From assembly GCF_006345805.1 (NCBI RefSeq), contig NC_042998.1:35340001-35404000 (forward strand): DNA of 64,000 nt, read 5' to 3'. Source of the DNA: Octopus sinensis. Lineage: Eukaryota. A program made the position numbers and the translations under genes. Every line of letters begins with the position of its first letter. Within the stretch, counting starts at the first letter, position 1. A model generated the notes under the pieces. The model was given only the letters and a program-made list of their open reading frames with translations. It made no database searches and was not told the DNA's origin. Below are positions 23,300 through 36,505 of the stretch, in pieces.

Positions 23300-24200
23300 A
23301 CCGCAGTTCAAAGTATTTGACATCCCGGAATCGTATTTTTCAAATAGCGTTCAGCTTCTAAAATATTCTGTGTATGACAGCTACAAGAAAAGAGAACAGC
23401 GAAAACCTTCATAACAGTGTTCTAAGAACTAGAAAATTCCTTTAAAGCCGAATTGTGATCTGGAATGGAGAAGGTTCTAAAATGCCTTGTCTGTCTTAAC
23501 TGATTTGTAATGCTCCTCCACGAAGACAAGATTTGACAGACGTTTCGTCAAAGCACCGCCTCTGAAGAGTTTCCAATTCCCAAAGAGATTGAAATGGTGT
23601 TATGTACTCCAACAGTCTTCTCTTGGTACCTGGCAGTCATGTTCACGTGCTGTCACGAACAAAGAACTCAACATGTCGGATCAGGTGTCGCTCTGATGAA
23701 GAACTTTTCGACTTGTCTAAATTTTCATTAAAAAGCACTGGCTGCCATCAGCCGAATCACTGAACTGTAGTGTACTGGTGATAATGTTTGGTCAGCTCAT
23801 CCATGCAATAACTGACGCAATAGTTGGTTAACAATTTCAATGACGCTTATGAGAACCTTAATCTGTGAAGCAACGTCCAGAATAGCAACGTTATCAGGGG
23901 CAATCTTTTCAGATTACTCCTCAAAAGCTGGAAGGTCGTTTCCTCTGTCTCGGAGGTCTCATCTTGATGCAATTCATCTCCGAAAAGAATGCGAAAATAG
24001 GTTTCATGTTAGCCATGTTGCTTTTGGAATATTTTAAAAGCAAAAATCCTGTCTTGGGTGGATGTATCAAACTGTCGTTATTTTAGTTTTACAATTCAGA
24101 CACGAACCATGGACTTTTCCGTATGTACAACTTGAGCGTTTCCACGTCAAGTAATGATCATCATCGTTGTCACCATCAAATGAGAGGTCGATGTCATCAA
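23300..24200 (-). pseudogene. Probable hAT (Buster/Charlie/ZBED8-like) transposase relic
   Basis: Minus-strand pieces VLISVIEIVN and YTTVQ*FG (TGA possibly from TGG) resemble the VL..VIKIVN and HTEVRWLS.G motifs in the expected order. Many stops. Confidence 0.35.
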
Positions 24201-25779
24201 CTTAACAGTCCTTGAGAAACCTCAAGCCAACAGCTTTGAAGTCAGCAAACATTTTTATTTTTATATCTACAGGCAACACCGTCATCAAATATTGGCTCAG
24301 ATGTACATCTGAGACAATGAAAGTGTCATATGGGTAAAATCAGATTTCCTACCGGTTCTGTTACAGCGAACTCGACACCGACAAAAGAATATGCAGCTGT
24401 GTTCGAAAACATAACAAAGAGCAATTCAAAGCATACAGAAAACCAATATGTTTCCGACAAAAAGCGAAGAACAAGCAGCAGGTGTGAAAATTAGCATCTA
24501 AGAAACCTGGTTGCTGCAAAACTGTTTGTACATGAACTTTGCAGAAATGAAGCGGACAAAAGACAGACAAAAATATAACTAGTATGGACGCATGCTCCAC
24601 TCACTACTAGATTTAATTAGTCATCAGAAATACCAAAAATAGTTAGTCATCAGAAATAAAGGAAAATTCAAGAGAACTTACATTGTCAGCGAGAGGAAAA
24701 GCTGACACCGATTTAAACTAATTTGCCATTAGATTCAATTGGAAATTGTTATTTCGCCTCAAGTATTCATACATTACTCGAAGTATATTTAATAAAGATT
24801 ACAAAAAAAATTTCCTAATAACGACATAGGTGACAACTTCAAACTTTATAAACGCAATAGCTAATGATAGTTACATTTTTTGCCTGAAGCAATACAAAAC
24901 TTTTATTTACATTTAAACCGATTAGATGCGTCACATAAAGTATTTAATCACAAGAACTATTTTTAACATCACTTTCTTCAAATATCTATTAATTTATTAC
25001 TTTTTTACCGAGATGTGAATTATTTATGAATTAAGATAAAAGTAACTATAAATATTACAAAGTTTATTTCACCAATATATACAGACATTTGCACTGTAAT
25101 GTCTCAGATTCGATGGAAAAGATACCGTTTCTGGAAGAAAAATAGAGCGTTGTAAAAACTAACAAGCATTCATTTCTTTGATCTCCGTTTGATGTACCAA
25201 GTAATTATCCATCATGGAAGATATTGATATCTATTAACGTGTAATATAAAGTTTATACTTCTATAATAAAGTTTGTACAGTTTCAATGATGATAAGAATA
25301 TTTAACCATTTTGGAATATTTCTTTGGTTTCTGCATTTGACTCAGTTAAAAGCCTTATAAACATTTCTATACAGGTTCCGTACATGAGACGTAACGAAGA
25401 GGATAGAGGACAATATGTGTTGGGATAAGTGACTATAAACAGGTGAAAAGAGGACTTGATGAAGAACACACAGAGCAATCCCCACACACACACAAATAGA
25501 GGAAAATTTGAATAAATCGATAAATACAATAGAGTTTGAAGCGTGTTAATGAAAGGAGATCGGTACAGCAACAGAGGAGAGAAAGTACCCGAAACCTGGG
25601 AGCTATGAAGTTATATCAGATTAATTGTGTCTATTATGAGGGGAATAAAGTCGAACCAATGTGAATTTATTGCTATATAAACATCTTTCAATTTCAGTAG
25701 GCAAAAATATATGGTCGAATAAAAAAAATCTAACATCCTAATACATAGAAGTAAACAAAACCAATTCTGAAGATGTTTT

Positions 25780-26012
25780 GGTGACTGCAGCGGAGTTATC
25801 GACCATATCTCAAGTTGTCCAGTCTTGGCAAAAGCTGAATGTATCTACAGGCATAATAGAATTTGCAGCAAAAGAAGTTTGAAGTTCTGCCAATATTACA
25901 GAACGGAGACGGAAAGTCATACAATGGCACACATGAAACAATGTTTGAACAGAACAGATCCAAAATAGTATGGAATGTATCTCGTCAAGAAAGACAGGCA
26001 AATCAGCCCTAC
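25780..26012 (+). mobile_element. R4/Dong-like fragment (CCHC and start of the RLE region)
   Basis: IDHISSCPVLAK..YRHNRI and IVWNVSRQERQANQPY resemble IDH..SGC..LA...Y..RH and ILW..I.TD..I.AN.PD. Confidence 0.55.
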
Positions 26013-26014
26013 GA

Positions 26015-26031
26015 GATTATTATTATTATTA

Positions 26032-26075
<44 letters not shown>
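26015..26075. repeat. (ATT)n microsatellite; a second tract at ~26455-26513
   Basis: Direct reading. Confidence 0.95.
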
Positions 26076-26452
26076 GGACGGTGAGCTGACAGAATCATTA
26101 GCACGCCAGACAAAATGCTTAGCAGTATTTCGTCTGCTGCTACGTTCTGAGTTCAAATTCCGCCGAGGTCGACTTTGCCTTTCATCCTTTCGGAGTCAAT
26201 TAAATAAGTACCAGTTATGCACTGAGGTCGATGTAATCGACTTAATCCGTTTGCCTGTCCTTGTTTGTCCCCTCTGTATTTAGCCCCTTGTGGGTAGTAA
26301 AGAAATAGGTATTTCGTTTGCCGTTACGTTCTGAGTTCAAATTCCGCCGAGGTCGGCTTTGCCTTTCATCCGTTCGGGGTCGATGAAATAAGTACCAGTT
26401 ATGCACTGGGGTCGTGCATAATTTCAGTCCTTGTGCCTATAGCAGAAAGGGG
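26076..26452 (+). mobile_element. SINE family A dimer between two (ATT)n tracts
   Basis: Headed unit with tail 1, then a headless unit with tail 2. Confidence 0.85.
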
Positions 26453-26466
26453 CATTATTATTATTA

Positions 26467-26514
<48 letters not shown>

Positions 26515-26757
26515 GTTAGTGCCTGCAGAATATAGGATGGTGCTTTTCTGCAGGTTGCCAATGCAAGCTTCAATTCCAATCTCTTTCAGTCTTTTAGGTT
26601 GCATTTTGTGTGTTTTGTCACCAAGTGCACCAATTACTGGAGGAAGAATTATTCTTGGTCATCCATAGTCTCTGGCATATTTCTTATAGATTTGTCCATA
26701 ATGTTACCATAACTACTACCCCAGTTATTACTGGTGTTGTCTCCACCGTTTTCTAAT
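26515..26757 (-). mobile_element. R4/Dong-like RLE C-terminal fragment ending at (TAA)n
   Basis: Minus-strand EICQRLWMTK..PVIGALG..IGIEACIGNLQKSTILYSAG, directly followed by TAA repeats. A homologous plus-strand piece lies at ~28520-28700. Confidence 0.6.
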
Positions 26758-26759
26758 AT

Positions 26760-27025
26760 AACCTCGGGTGGATTTGGTAGACGGAAATTGAAAGAAGCCC
26801 GTCGTATATGTATGTGTGTGTGTGTATGTGTGTGTGTATGTGTGTGTGTGTGTTCGTGTGTGTGTGTGTGTATCTTTGTTTCCAACCACCACTTGGTAAC
26901 CTGTGTTGGTGTGTTTACATCGCCGTAACTTAGCGGTTCGGTAAAAGACACCGATAGAATAAGTACCAAGTTTAAAAGAAAGCCACCCACAAAAAAAAAC
27001 AAGTACTAGGGCCGATTCATTCAAC
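26760..27025 (+). mobile_element. Headless SINE family B
   Basis: GTGGATTTGGTAGACGGAAATTGAAAGAAGCCCGTCG, TG tract, second module. Confidence 0.75.
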
Positions 27026-27860
27026 CTAAATCGCGTGAACTGCTTATGTTTTGAGGAAGTTATAAATTTGAAAATGTGTGTGAACGCATTTTTGTTATGT
27101 AAGTTTGTGTGTGTGCGTGTGTCTGTATGTGCGAACGTACACACATTCATTGTGTGTGTTCGGTTATGTAGGTTCTAGTTTATCTGCAGCAGCAAGCTTC
27201 ATTGCTCAGCATATGTCAGCCCTCGTGTTTCAACGGATGCAATGTCTGAGAGCGTTTTTGGTTATTAGATATGGGCATTAAAACGGATAATTATAGAAGC
27301 TTAATTCAATCAACGTGGTATGAACACAATCAGAATATATTGTGGATAATAATTACTTCTTACGTCACCGCCAAAGAATTAAATCAATTAGATGCCTATT
27401 TCTTATTAACATAGCTCAGCTAGACTAGTCATGAACAGAACAGCAAATAAAATTTTAATTGGCATCAAGATAGTTTAACTGAGAAAACAGCAATACTTTT
27501 TGATTGGAACAAAGAGTAGTTATGAATGTGTGAGAGAATAATTGCCTTCAGTATGTTATTCGGATGTGCTTTTGGACCGAGAGCAAGATCTGATCTTGAA
27601 GGAGAACAATGAAACGAAACCATTTTCAGATGTGTACCTTTCAAAGTAATTGTGTTTTTGCACATAACTTTATCATGCTCCATTCTATACAAAATTGTCC
27701 GCTGAATGGGCACACAGGAACGTGAAACTCTGAGTAACAGATTTTGTGATAATTTTGCTGATTTTTAACAAAGCGTATTACTCTATCACTTGTATTCGAG
27801 TACTATTTTCTCCACCTTCTTTTCTATGCTTATTCTGTATATATATATATATATATATAG

Positions 27861-28084
27861 TCTTTACTCTTTACTCTTTTACTTGTTTCAGTCATTTGAT
27901 TGCGGCCATGCTGGAGCACCGCCTTTAATCGAGCAAATCGACCCCGGGACTTATTCTTTTGTAAGCCCAGTACTTATTCTATCGGTCTCTTTTGCCGAAC
28001 CGCTAAGTAACGGAGACATAAACACATCAGCATCGGTTGTCAAACAATGCTAGGGGGACAAACACACACACACAAACACACACA

Positions 28085-28169
<85 letters not shown>

Positions 28170-28332
28170 GACGGTTTTCTTTCAGTTTCCGTCTACCAAA
28201 TCCACTCACAAGGCTTTGGTCGGCCCGAGGCTATAGTAGGAGACACTTTGCCCAAGGTGCCACACAGGGGTACTGAACCCGGAACCATGTGGTTGGTAAA
28301 CAAGCTACTTACCACGCAGCCACTCCTGCGCC
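27861..28332 (-). mobile_element. Full-length SINE family B
   Basis: All modules present; long internal (TA)n. Confidence 0.9.
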
Positions 28333-28387
28333 TATATATATCAGTATCGTTCTCTGGCTTCCGAAATAACAACAAAAACGCAGATTC

Positions 28388-28402
28388 TAGTAGTAGTAGT
28401 CC

Positions 28403-28477
<75 letters not shown>

Positions 28478-28505
28478 AGGTGGTAGTAGTGGTAGTAGTA
28501 GTTGC
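28388..28505. repeat. (AGT)n microsatellite
   Basis: Direct reading. Confidence 0.95.
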
Positions 28506-28519
28506 AGTTCTGCTGGAGC

Positions 28520-28700
28520 AAATATTACTCTGAAAGAGGTAGAAAAACTGCAGAGGAGGACGCTGATAACATTCTAAGAAGCTGGCTGTGGCAACTTCTT
28601 AGAAAACTGTGAGGACAACACCAGTAATAACTGGGGCAGTAGTTATGGTAAAATTATGGACAAATCTATAAGAAATATGCCAGAGACTGTGGATGATCAA
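28520..28700 (+). mobile_element. R4/Dong-like RLE-region fragment
   Basis: ACAACACCAGTAATAACTGGGGCAGTAGTTATGG...AAATATGCCAGAGAC is nearly identical to the reverse complement of 26660-26750. Confidence 0.55.
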
Positions 28701-29489
28701 GGTGTCACGCAGTGAAACTGAACCCGGATTTATGTGGTTGCAATGCAAGCTTCTCACCACGCCTATACATAACATCCATTATACATAGTCATAAGCTGGC
28801 GTACTAACAGAATCTTTACGGCGCTGAAGAAAATGCTTAGCTGTATTTGTTCCGGTTTTACTTTCTGAGCTCAAATACCGCTGAGGTCGGCTTTGCCTTT
28901 CATCTTTTTGGAGTCAATTAAATAAGTCCCTGATGATCACTAGGGACCCACACAATCGACCGAGTACTTCCTGTAGCAAGTAAGGGTCATAGTTATACAT
29001 AGGATTTCATTCACCCAAATAGCCACGTCTCCATGTTTGCTCATTTGTATTCATCGGCATATTGTATGTATGCCATAAATCTTTTGTCTTTTCTTGTTTC
29101 AATAATTAAACTAAGGTCATGCTGGTGCACTGCTTGAAGAATTTTAATCGATTTATTTTTTAAGCCTGTTACGTTGGGACGTAACCATACCAACACCGGT
29201 TGTCAACGGTGGTAGAGGACAAACACAGGTACAAAAACACACACACACACACATCACTTCAACAATGTAACTACACGTGTGCTGCTGGCGATTTCTTTTC
29301 CTTCTTTGGACTTTTCCCTTTCTGCGATCCGACGAAGAGCTATGCTCGAAGCGTCGAACTTTCTCCTTTCACCGAGCGTCAACCTAATGCATTTCTTATG
29401 CACGTCCTCATGTCGTCCGTTTTTATTCGTTTATTTAAATTGAGCATATATACATACATGTTTGTATGTGTGTATGTGTGTGTGTGTGT

Positions 29490-29765
29490 GTGTGTCGTAA
29501 GCCATCTGTCACCGAGCGTTCCAGTTGACCCGATCAACTCGTGAAATTCACATGTTAAACACTAAACAGACAAGTGTACCCTTAACATAATTCTCAGGGA
29601 GACTCAGCATGACACAGAATGGGACAAGCCTGGCCCTTTCGATTACAGTTACTATTCATTTTTGCCAGATTTTTGAACTGGAGCAACATGTAATAAAATG
29701 TCTTGCTCAAGGACACATCACGCCGCCGGGAATCGAAATTGCGACCTTACGATCGTGAACCAAAT
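29490..29765 (-). mobile_element. SINE family C (degraded)
   Basis: Reverse-complement segments shared with the 46354 copy. Confidence 0.7.
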
Positions 29766-29809
29766 ACTTCACACACACACATATATGTACATATTCTTTT
29801 ATTGGTTTA

Positions 29810-29996
29810 TTCTTTTACTTGTTTCAGTCATTTGACTGCGGCCACGCTGGAGCACTACCTTTAGTCGAACAAATCGACCCCAGAAATTATTCTTTGTAAG
29901 TCACTTTTGCCGAACCGTTGAGTTACGGGGACACAAACACACCAACATCGGTTGTCAAGCGATGTTGGAGGCGAAAAAAGACACACACACGCACAA

Positions 29997-30036
<40 letters not shown>

Positions 30037-30190
30037 GATAGGCTTCTTTCAGTTTCGGTCCACCAAATCCATTCACATGGGTTTAGTCGGCCCCGCGGCT
30101 ATAGTTGAGGACATTTGCCCAAGGTGCCACGCAGTGGGACTGAACCCGGAAATATGTGGTTGGTAAGCTTCTTACCACACAGCCACTCCT
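29810..30190 (-). mobile_element. SINE family B
   Basis: Tail, second module, microsatellite, RTE-like segment and head. Confidence 0.85.
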
Positions 30191-30193
30191 GCA

Positions 30194-30265
<72 letters not shown>

Positions 30266-30780
30266 ATACTTATATATTATATATATATATTAATATATAT
30301 ATATATATAATATATATATAATATATATATATATAATAATATCATAGGGCACACAAGGCGCTTACCTGCCGAAAGAGGAGTTAAAACCCTCAGTTAAACC
30401 ACGAATAATACTGAAAAATTCAACAGAAAACCAACAGTAGTCTGGCGAATGGGTGTAAACAAATTTGACAATCCAAAGACAGTTGAATGCTAAATATTTT
30501 GGTATTTGGATACACTTGGATCATGATTTCTAGTTCTGATGGAAAATATATATGTATTAAATATATTAAAATATATATGTATTGAACGGCAGTGCCCCAG
30601 CATGGCCACAACTTTGAGCTGAAACTGATGAAACAAAATACATACGACGGACGTCTTTCCGTTTTCGTGTCACAAGGTTTTGGTTGGAGACGCTTGCTCA
30701 AGGTGGTACGCGGTGGGACCGAACCCGGAACCATGTGATTGGGAAGCAAATGTCTTACCACTCAGCCAAACCTGCGCCCG

Positions 30781-30817
<37 letters not shown>

Positions 30818-31626
30818 ATAATAAAATACCCATGTATATGTATAATGTGTGTGTTGTGTTTGTGTTTGTGTGTGTGCGTTATACAAATTCCACGCTTCCT
30901 ACGCATTTTTTCTGCTAAATGTGTTTACATTTTCAATTATTATTTAATTAATTTACACTCTATGAGAATAATTTGCCGATGTCGTTGTATAAAATTAACC
31001 TAAGTCATCGAACTGTTAAACTTTCCCTACAAGCGTTCATCTTTGCAATATCGGATTCTTCTCTTAAACATTATCATTTCTAATTAACTTTTGTCTGCCA
31101 ACACTTTGATATTATTTTGTCTTTCGTTTGTTTGATCGCCCTGCTATGGCAACAGAATTGCGGTAGAACCACCATCAAAATACACACGAGGCTTTCGCTT
31201 GTCTCCTCATTGTTGTCTCTGCTATTATTCTTGTTTCTCAGGTCAGTCTTGATGTTAGATCTACGGTCAAAGGTTGTTGTGATCACTTTTATTTTATCAC
31301 TATATTATCCAATATCTACTTAGTTCCTTTATTCAGATGATAGGGTGCAATTAGTGGGATAGTTGGCTGCTATTTCTAGTGGTTTGGCTGAACCCTCATT
31401 GATCTTAGCGTATCATGTAAGGTGCAGCAAAGCGACGTAGCGCATCATGCAATCCGTTGAAGGAATGGATGGAGATCGGATGGTAGCAGAGTCGTATACA
31501 TACATACATTATATATATGTGAGTGTGCGTACATTTTATATATATATATATATATAATATAGGGATGGTATTATTAAAATACCATCACAAGTGGTAAGCG
31601 AATTATCAGCCGTACAGGCAAATTAA

Positions 31627-31954
31627 TAAAATATATACATACAATATTAGATATGTACATATATACACAAGGGTACTACATGAGTACCTATATCGCTAAT
31701 TATAGAATTAGGCACCTATTTGGCGCTAAATTTCGAAACCGGTACCAGGTTGACCAGTATTTACTTGTTCTGACCCATTTGAGGTAAGACATTATTATTG
31801 TTTACTGATATTTTTTCCTATCATGTCTGTAATAGATTTGTGACTATTCGGTGGTACAGAAGTATTTTCTGACTTCTAGCATTAGCGATATAGGTACTCA
31901 TGTAGTATCCTTGTGTATATATGAACATATCTAATATTGTATGTATATATTTTA
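31627..31954. repeat. Inverted repeat, ~74-bp arms with a ~180-bp spacer (MITE-like)
   Basis: TAAAATATATACATACAATATTAGAT...TACCTATATCGCTAAT (31627-31700) versus its reverse complement at 31881-31954. Confidence 0.85.
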
Positions 31955-31984
31955 TATATATATTATATATATATATATTATATA

Positions 31985-32140
31985 GGGTGTGGCTGCGTGG
32001 TAAGAGCTTGTTTCCCAACCTCATGGTCTCGGTTCAGTCCCACTGCGTGATACCTTGGGCAAGTGTCTCCTACCAGACCTTTGGGCTGACCAAGCTTTGT
32101 GAGTGGACTTGGGAGACGGAAACTGAAAGAAGCCTGTTTG
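31985..32140 (+). mobile_element. SINE family B 5' half
   Basis: Head, CCTTGGGCAAGTG and RTE-like segment. Confidence 0.75.
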
Positions 32141-32648
32141 TACATATATATATATAATATATATATATATAATATATATATATATAGATATATATATTTG
32201 TTCATACACGTGTCCGCATCTTTTGTTTCTCTATAAATTTCAACTATGTATATATAAAGCTGAAGTTGTCTGTGTATGGCAGGCTTGGTAGCCTTCAACT
32301 AACACTATCTCCTCCGAGACCCTGCGGCGCAAGTTGACCAAATTGAGAGTATGATAGAAGAAGGCTTGCTCTTCCTTCCGTAGAAGAAAAAATTTTAATC
32401 GGACCATGTTAACACCAAAATTATTTACATCAAAAAGGTGCTTTTTTTCTATGAAAATCCCTATTTTTTACGATGTTTTGACTGCTGTGTCGCCATTTTT
32501 CGGTGTATTTCAACCAGAAAAATGTTCACTTAAAGAGAATAACAAGCAACATGATGCAAAATTTTTACCTAGAAAAATTCCAATTCTAAAGTGTCGAAAC
32601 AAAACCCAAGCAATGCCGGGTGATACTGCTAGTATATATATATATATA

Positions 32649-32699
<51 letters not shown>

Positions 32700-33284
32700 T
32701 ATAATGCATATATATATATCGTGAAGTGCATTTGACAACTAAATGATGTTTTGGTCGTAAACGTAAGCTTCATTGATTGGTAGAAATGATTTAAACTCTC
32801 TACCAATCAATGAAGCAGGAAAACGTCACTCATTTTTTAATGCTGCCGAATGATCATGTTATTCAAGTGATTCAAGTGTTGAGTAGAAATAGACTCGGCT
32901 TCTTTCTGCCTAAAAAAAAATTAAATTTTAAAAAATATTTTCATTAACATAACTGCAATCAGTGTATTTCTGTCAAACTTCTTCATTTATAAATGTGCTT
33001 AATTAAGGACATATTGAGGAAATTAAGTCGGTGGTTGGCTAGAAATGTAGTTGCACATAAATTTGATTTTTAACACTTAGTTTGCTGCAAGGTCTTAAAA
33101 CTCCAAATAAAAACATCAGAAATATGATCAAATTTATAATTAAGAAGAGTAAGGTTTTTCTTAAATTCGTCGATTATATCGTACTTTTAGTATGCGATTG
33201 AGACAAAAATAAATTTTCAGACATCTAATTAAAAGAAAAGCAACACAGAAATAGCAGATATAATATATATAGCATTTGGAGTAT

Positions 33285-33470
33285 TCTTTTACTTGCTTCA
33301 GTCATTCGACTGTGGCCATGCTGGAGCACCGCCTTTAGTCGAAGAAATCGACCCCCGGACTTATTCTTTGTAAACCTAGTACTTATTCTATCGGTCCCGT
33401 TTGCCGGACCTTAACACACCAACATCGGTTGTCAAGCGATGATGGGGGCACAGACGTAGACACACAAACA
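33285..33470 (-). mobile_element. SINE family B 3' module
   Basis: Reverse complement of the CAGCATGGCC stem-loop tail and second module. Confidence 0.75.
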
Positions 33471-33475
33471 TGTGT

Positions 33476-33507
<32 letters not shown>

Positions 33508-33520
33508 ATTAATTATACTA

Positions 33521-33886
33521 CGGCACTCTCGGTTACGACGACGAGGGTTCCAGTTGATCCGATCAACGGAACAGCCTGCTCGGGAAATTTACGTGCAAGT
33601 GGCTGAGCGCTCCACAGACACGTGTACGCTTAACGTAGTTCTCAGGGAGATTCAGTGTAACACAGAGTGTGACAAGGCTGGCCCTTTGAAATGCAGGTAC
33701 AACAGAAACGGGAAGAAAAAGTGAGAGAAATTTGTGGTGAACGAGTACAGCAATATTCGCCCCCCCCCCCCTCGTAGAGCTTCAAGTGTTTTCGCTCCAT
33801 GAACACTCACAGCACCCGGTCTAGGAATCGAAACCGCGATCTTACGACCGCGAGTCCGCTGCCCTAACCACTGGGCCATTACGCCT
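33521..33886 (-). mobile_element. SINE family C (tRNA-Arg-like head)
   Basis: The reverse-complement head ATGGCCCAGTGGTTAGGGCAGCGGACTCGCGG..GGTTTCGATTCC has a TCG anticodon-like loop. Confidence 0.85.
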
Positions 33887-33899
33887 TCAGTATAGTGTA

Positions 33900-34001
<102 letters not shown>

Positions 34002-34100
34002 AACTTACTTAGAAGAGGATGCGTGGCGTTCAATCATATAATAATATAAATGATATATATATATGCATATATACATACGTATATTTACATACATCAATAA

Positions 34101-34139
<39 letters not shown>

Positions 34140-34200
34140 ATATATACTATTAAAAGGGATGTAGCCTTTTTCTCTAGCCTTTTCTTTAGCCCTTGCTTAT

Positions 34201-34236
<36 letters not shown>

Positions 34237-34239
<3 letters not shown>

Positions 34240-34545
34240 CATATGCGAGGTGGGCACAGAACGTCACAAAACGCTATACAACAACAATACGAAGTACGAG
34301 TACATGGAATATGAACTATTTTTTCGAACAACGAAAGACAAAAATGGAAAACAAGACATAGAACACAAAGAACGACCCACCATCAGTTGTTGGCTGTTTT
34401 TCTACTCTCGTATTTCGATCAATATGAGAGTAGAAAAACAGCCAACAACTGATGATGGGTCGTATTTTTTGTTAACCACATTTCGTGACGTCCTGTACCC
34501 ACCCAACACACACACACACACATGCATATATATATATATATAATA

Positions 34546-34583
<38 letters not shown>

Positions 34584-34942
34584 GTATAGATTGTAAGTAT
34601 GTACATATACGTATATATATATATGCATTATATATATATATATAATATATATATATATACATATGCGTATGTGGGCCACAGAACGTCACAAAGCGTATAC
34701 AACAACATACGAAGTACGAGTACATGGAATATGAACTATTTTTCGAACAACGAAAGACAAAAATGGAAAACAACCATAGAACACAAAGAACGACCCACCA
34801 TCAGTTGTTGGCTGTTTTTCTACTCTCGTATTTCGATCAATATGAGAGTAGAAAAACAGCCAACAACTGATGATTGGTCGTATTTTTTGTTAACCACATT
34901 TCGTGACGTCCTGTACCCACCCACACACACACACACACATGC

Positions 34943-34977
<35 letters not shown>

Positions 34978-35090
34978 ATACACGTATAGATGTAAGTATG
35001 TACATATACGTATATATATTATGCATATATATTATATATATATATATATATTATATATATTATATATTATATATATATATATATATATAA
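34237..35090. repeat. Tandem duplication (~420-bp period) of a foldback unit and its microsatellite spacer
   Basis: Units ~34249-34502 and ~34670-34921 each hold a ~45-bp-arm internal palindrome (CATCAGTTGTTGGCTGTTTTTCTACTCTC / GAGAGTAGAAAAACAGCCAACAACTGATG). A related single unit lies at ~40461-40640. Confidence 0.9.
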
Positions 35091-35407
35091 TGCAGATTCT
35101 GCAATACAGCCACGGATGGAGCCTACTTTGAACGAAGAAACTAGGACAATTGGTTGGTTCTTTTTCAGTTTTTCTTTTCTTATGATATCGTGACATTGAA
35201 GCGAAAGTAAATTTAAATTACTTCCGATTCAATTACACCATAACGTAGGAGTTCATAGGATTATGCGTATGTATATGTGTGTGTGTGTGTGTCTATATAC
35301 ATGTATTCATATAGACACGCATTATGCGTCTATATAAATGTATTTACTTCCACGTGCGCTCGCACACGCACACACAATCACACAGGACACACATATATCA
35401 ACAATGC

Positions 35408-35472
<65 letters not shown>

Positions 35473-36064
35473 AATTCATCGTTGAATGCTAACTACCTAC
35501 GATGGTGTGTGTGAGTATGTACATGCATGTGTGCACGAGCGTGTGTTGTGATGTATGTACACGCATGTGTGTACGGGCATAAGTGTGTGTGCGCGTGTAT
35601 TTGTGTGAGTGTATTTCTGTGTATGTGTGGGCGTTCGTGAGTGTGGTGGGGAGGAGGATAAATTTTCTTTGCGTAGGTTAATATCATCTGCTACTTTTTC
35701 CAGTCGATTTATCACATAGGATCTCACGCTGGTACTTCATTTTTTGCAGATACTTCTCCAGCATTCGCAACGAAGCAATTCTAAAGTTAGATTTAGCACA
35801 TATTCATAACAGTTCTATATGCGTCTATTGAGGCAGAAAGACTTACATCTTCTCTCCAGACAATCAAACTGTCCTATCCGCCATAGTTTGTCATCCACAT
35901 CCTGCGCAACATACCCCTTCCTTCGGAACCACTGACACGTTAAGTCAGAGCAGTGTCCTGAGCTCCCCCACTTTTATGCCGCTTATCCCTGGCGGCACTT
36001 GGACTTCATGAGTAATTGAAATGATTTTTCTTTATTTAGGCATGTTCCATTCACCCTTTGCTTT

Positions 36065-36287
36065 TTAGTTGTTTTACTCATTAGACTGCAGCCATGCTGG
36101 GGCACCGACTTGAAGAATCTTTAGTCGAATGAATCTATCCCAGGAACTTATTCTTTGTAAGCCTAGTACTTATTCTATCGGTCTATTTTGCCGAACCGCT
36201 AGCTGATGGGGACGTAAACAAACCAGTATCGGTTGTCAAACGATGGTGGAGGACAAAAAGGCACACAAACATACACACACACACACA

Positions 36288-36345
<58 letters not shown>

Positions 36346-36505
36346 GATGGGCTTCTTTAGGTTCCGTCTACTAAATCCACTCCACTCACAATGCTTTGGT
36401 CAGTCAGAGGCTATAATAGAAGACACTGGTCAAGGTGCCACGCAATGGGATTGAAGCCGGAACCATGTGGTTGGTAAGCAAGCTACTTACCACACAACCA
36501 CTCCT
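36065..36505 (-). mobile_element. SINE family B
   Basis: All modules recognisable. Confidence 0.85.

Noticed and set aside
24273-24480. Possible small exons after TTTTATATCTACAG and TTCTGTTACAG acceptor-like sites
   Set aside because: Short frames with no recognisable product and weak donors; such sites occur by chance in AT-rich DNA.
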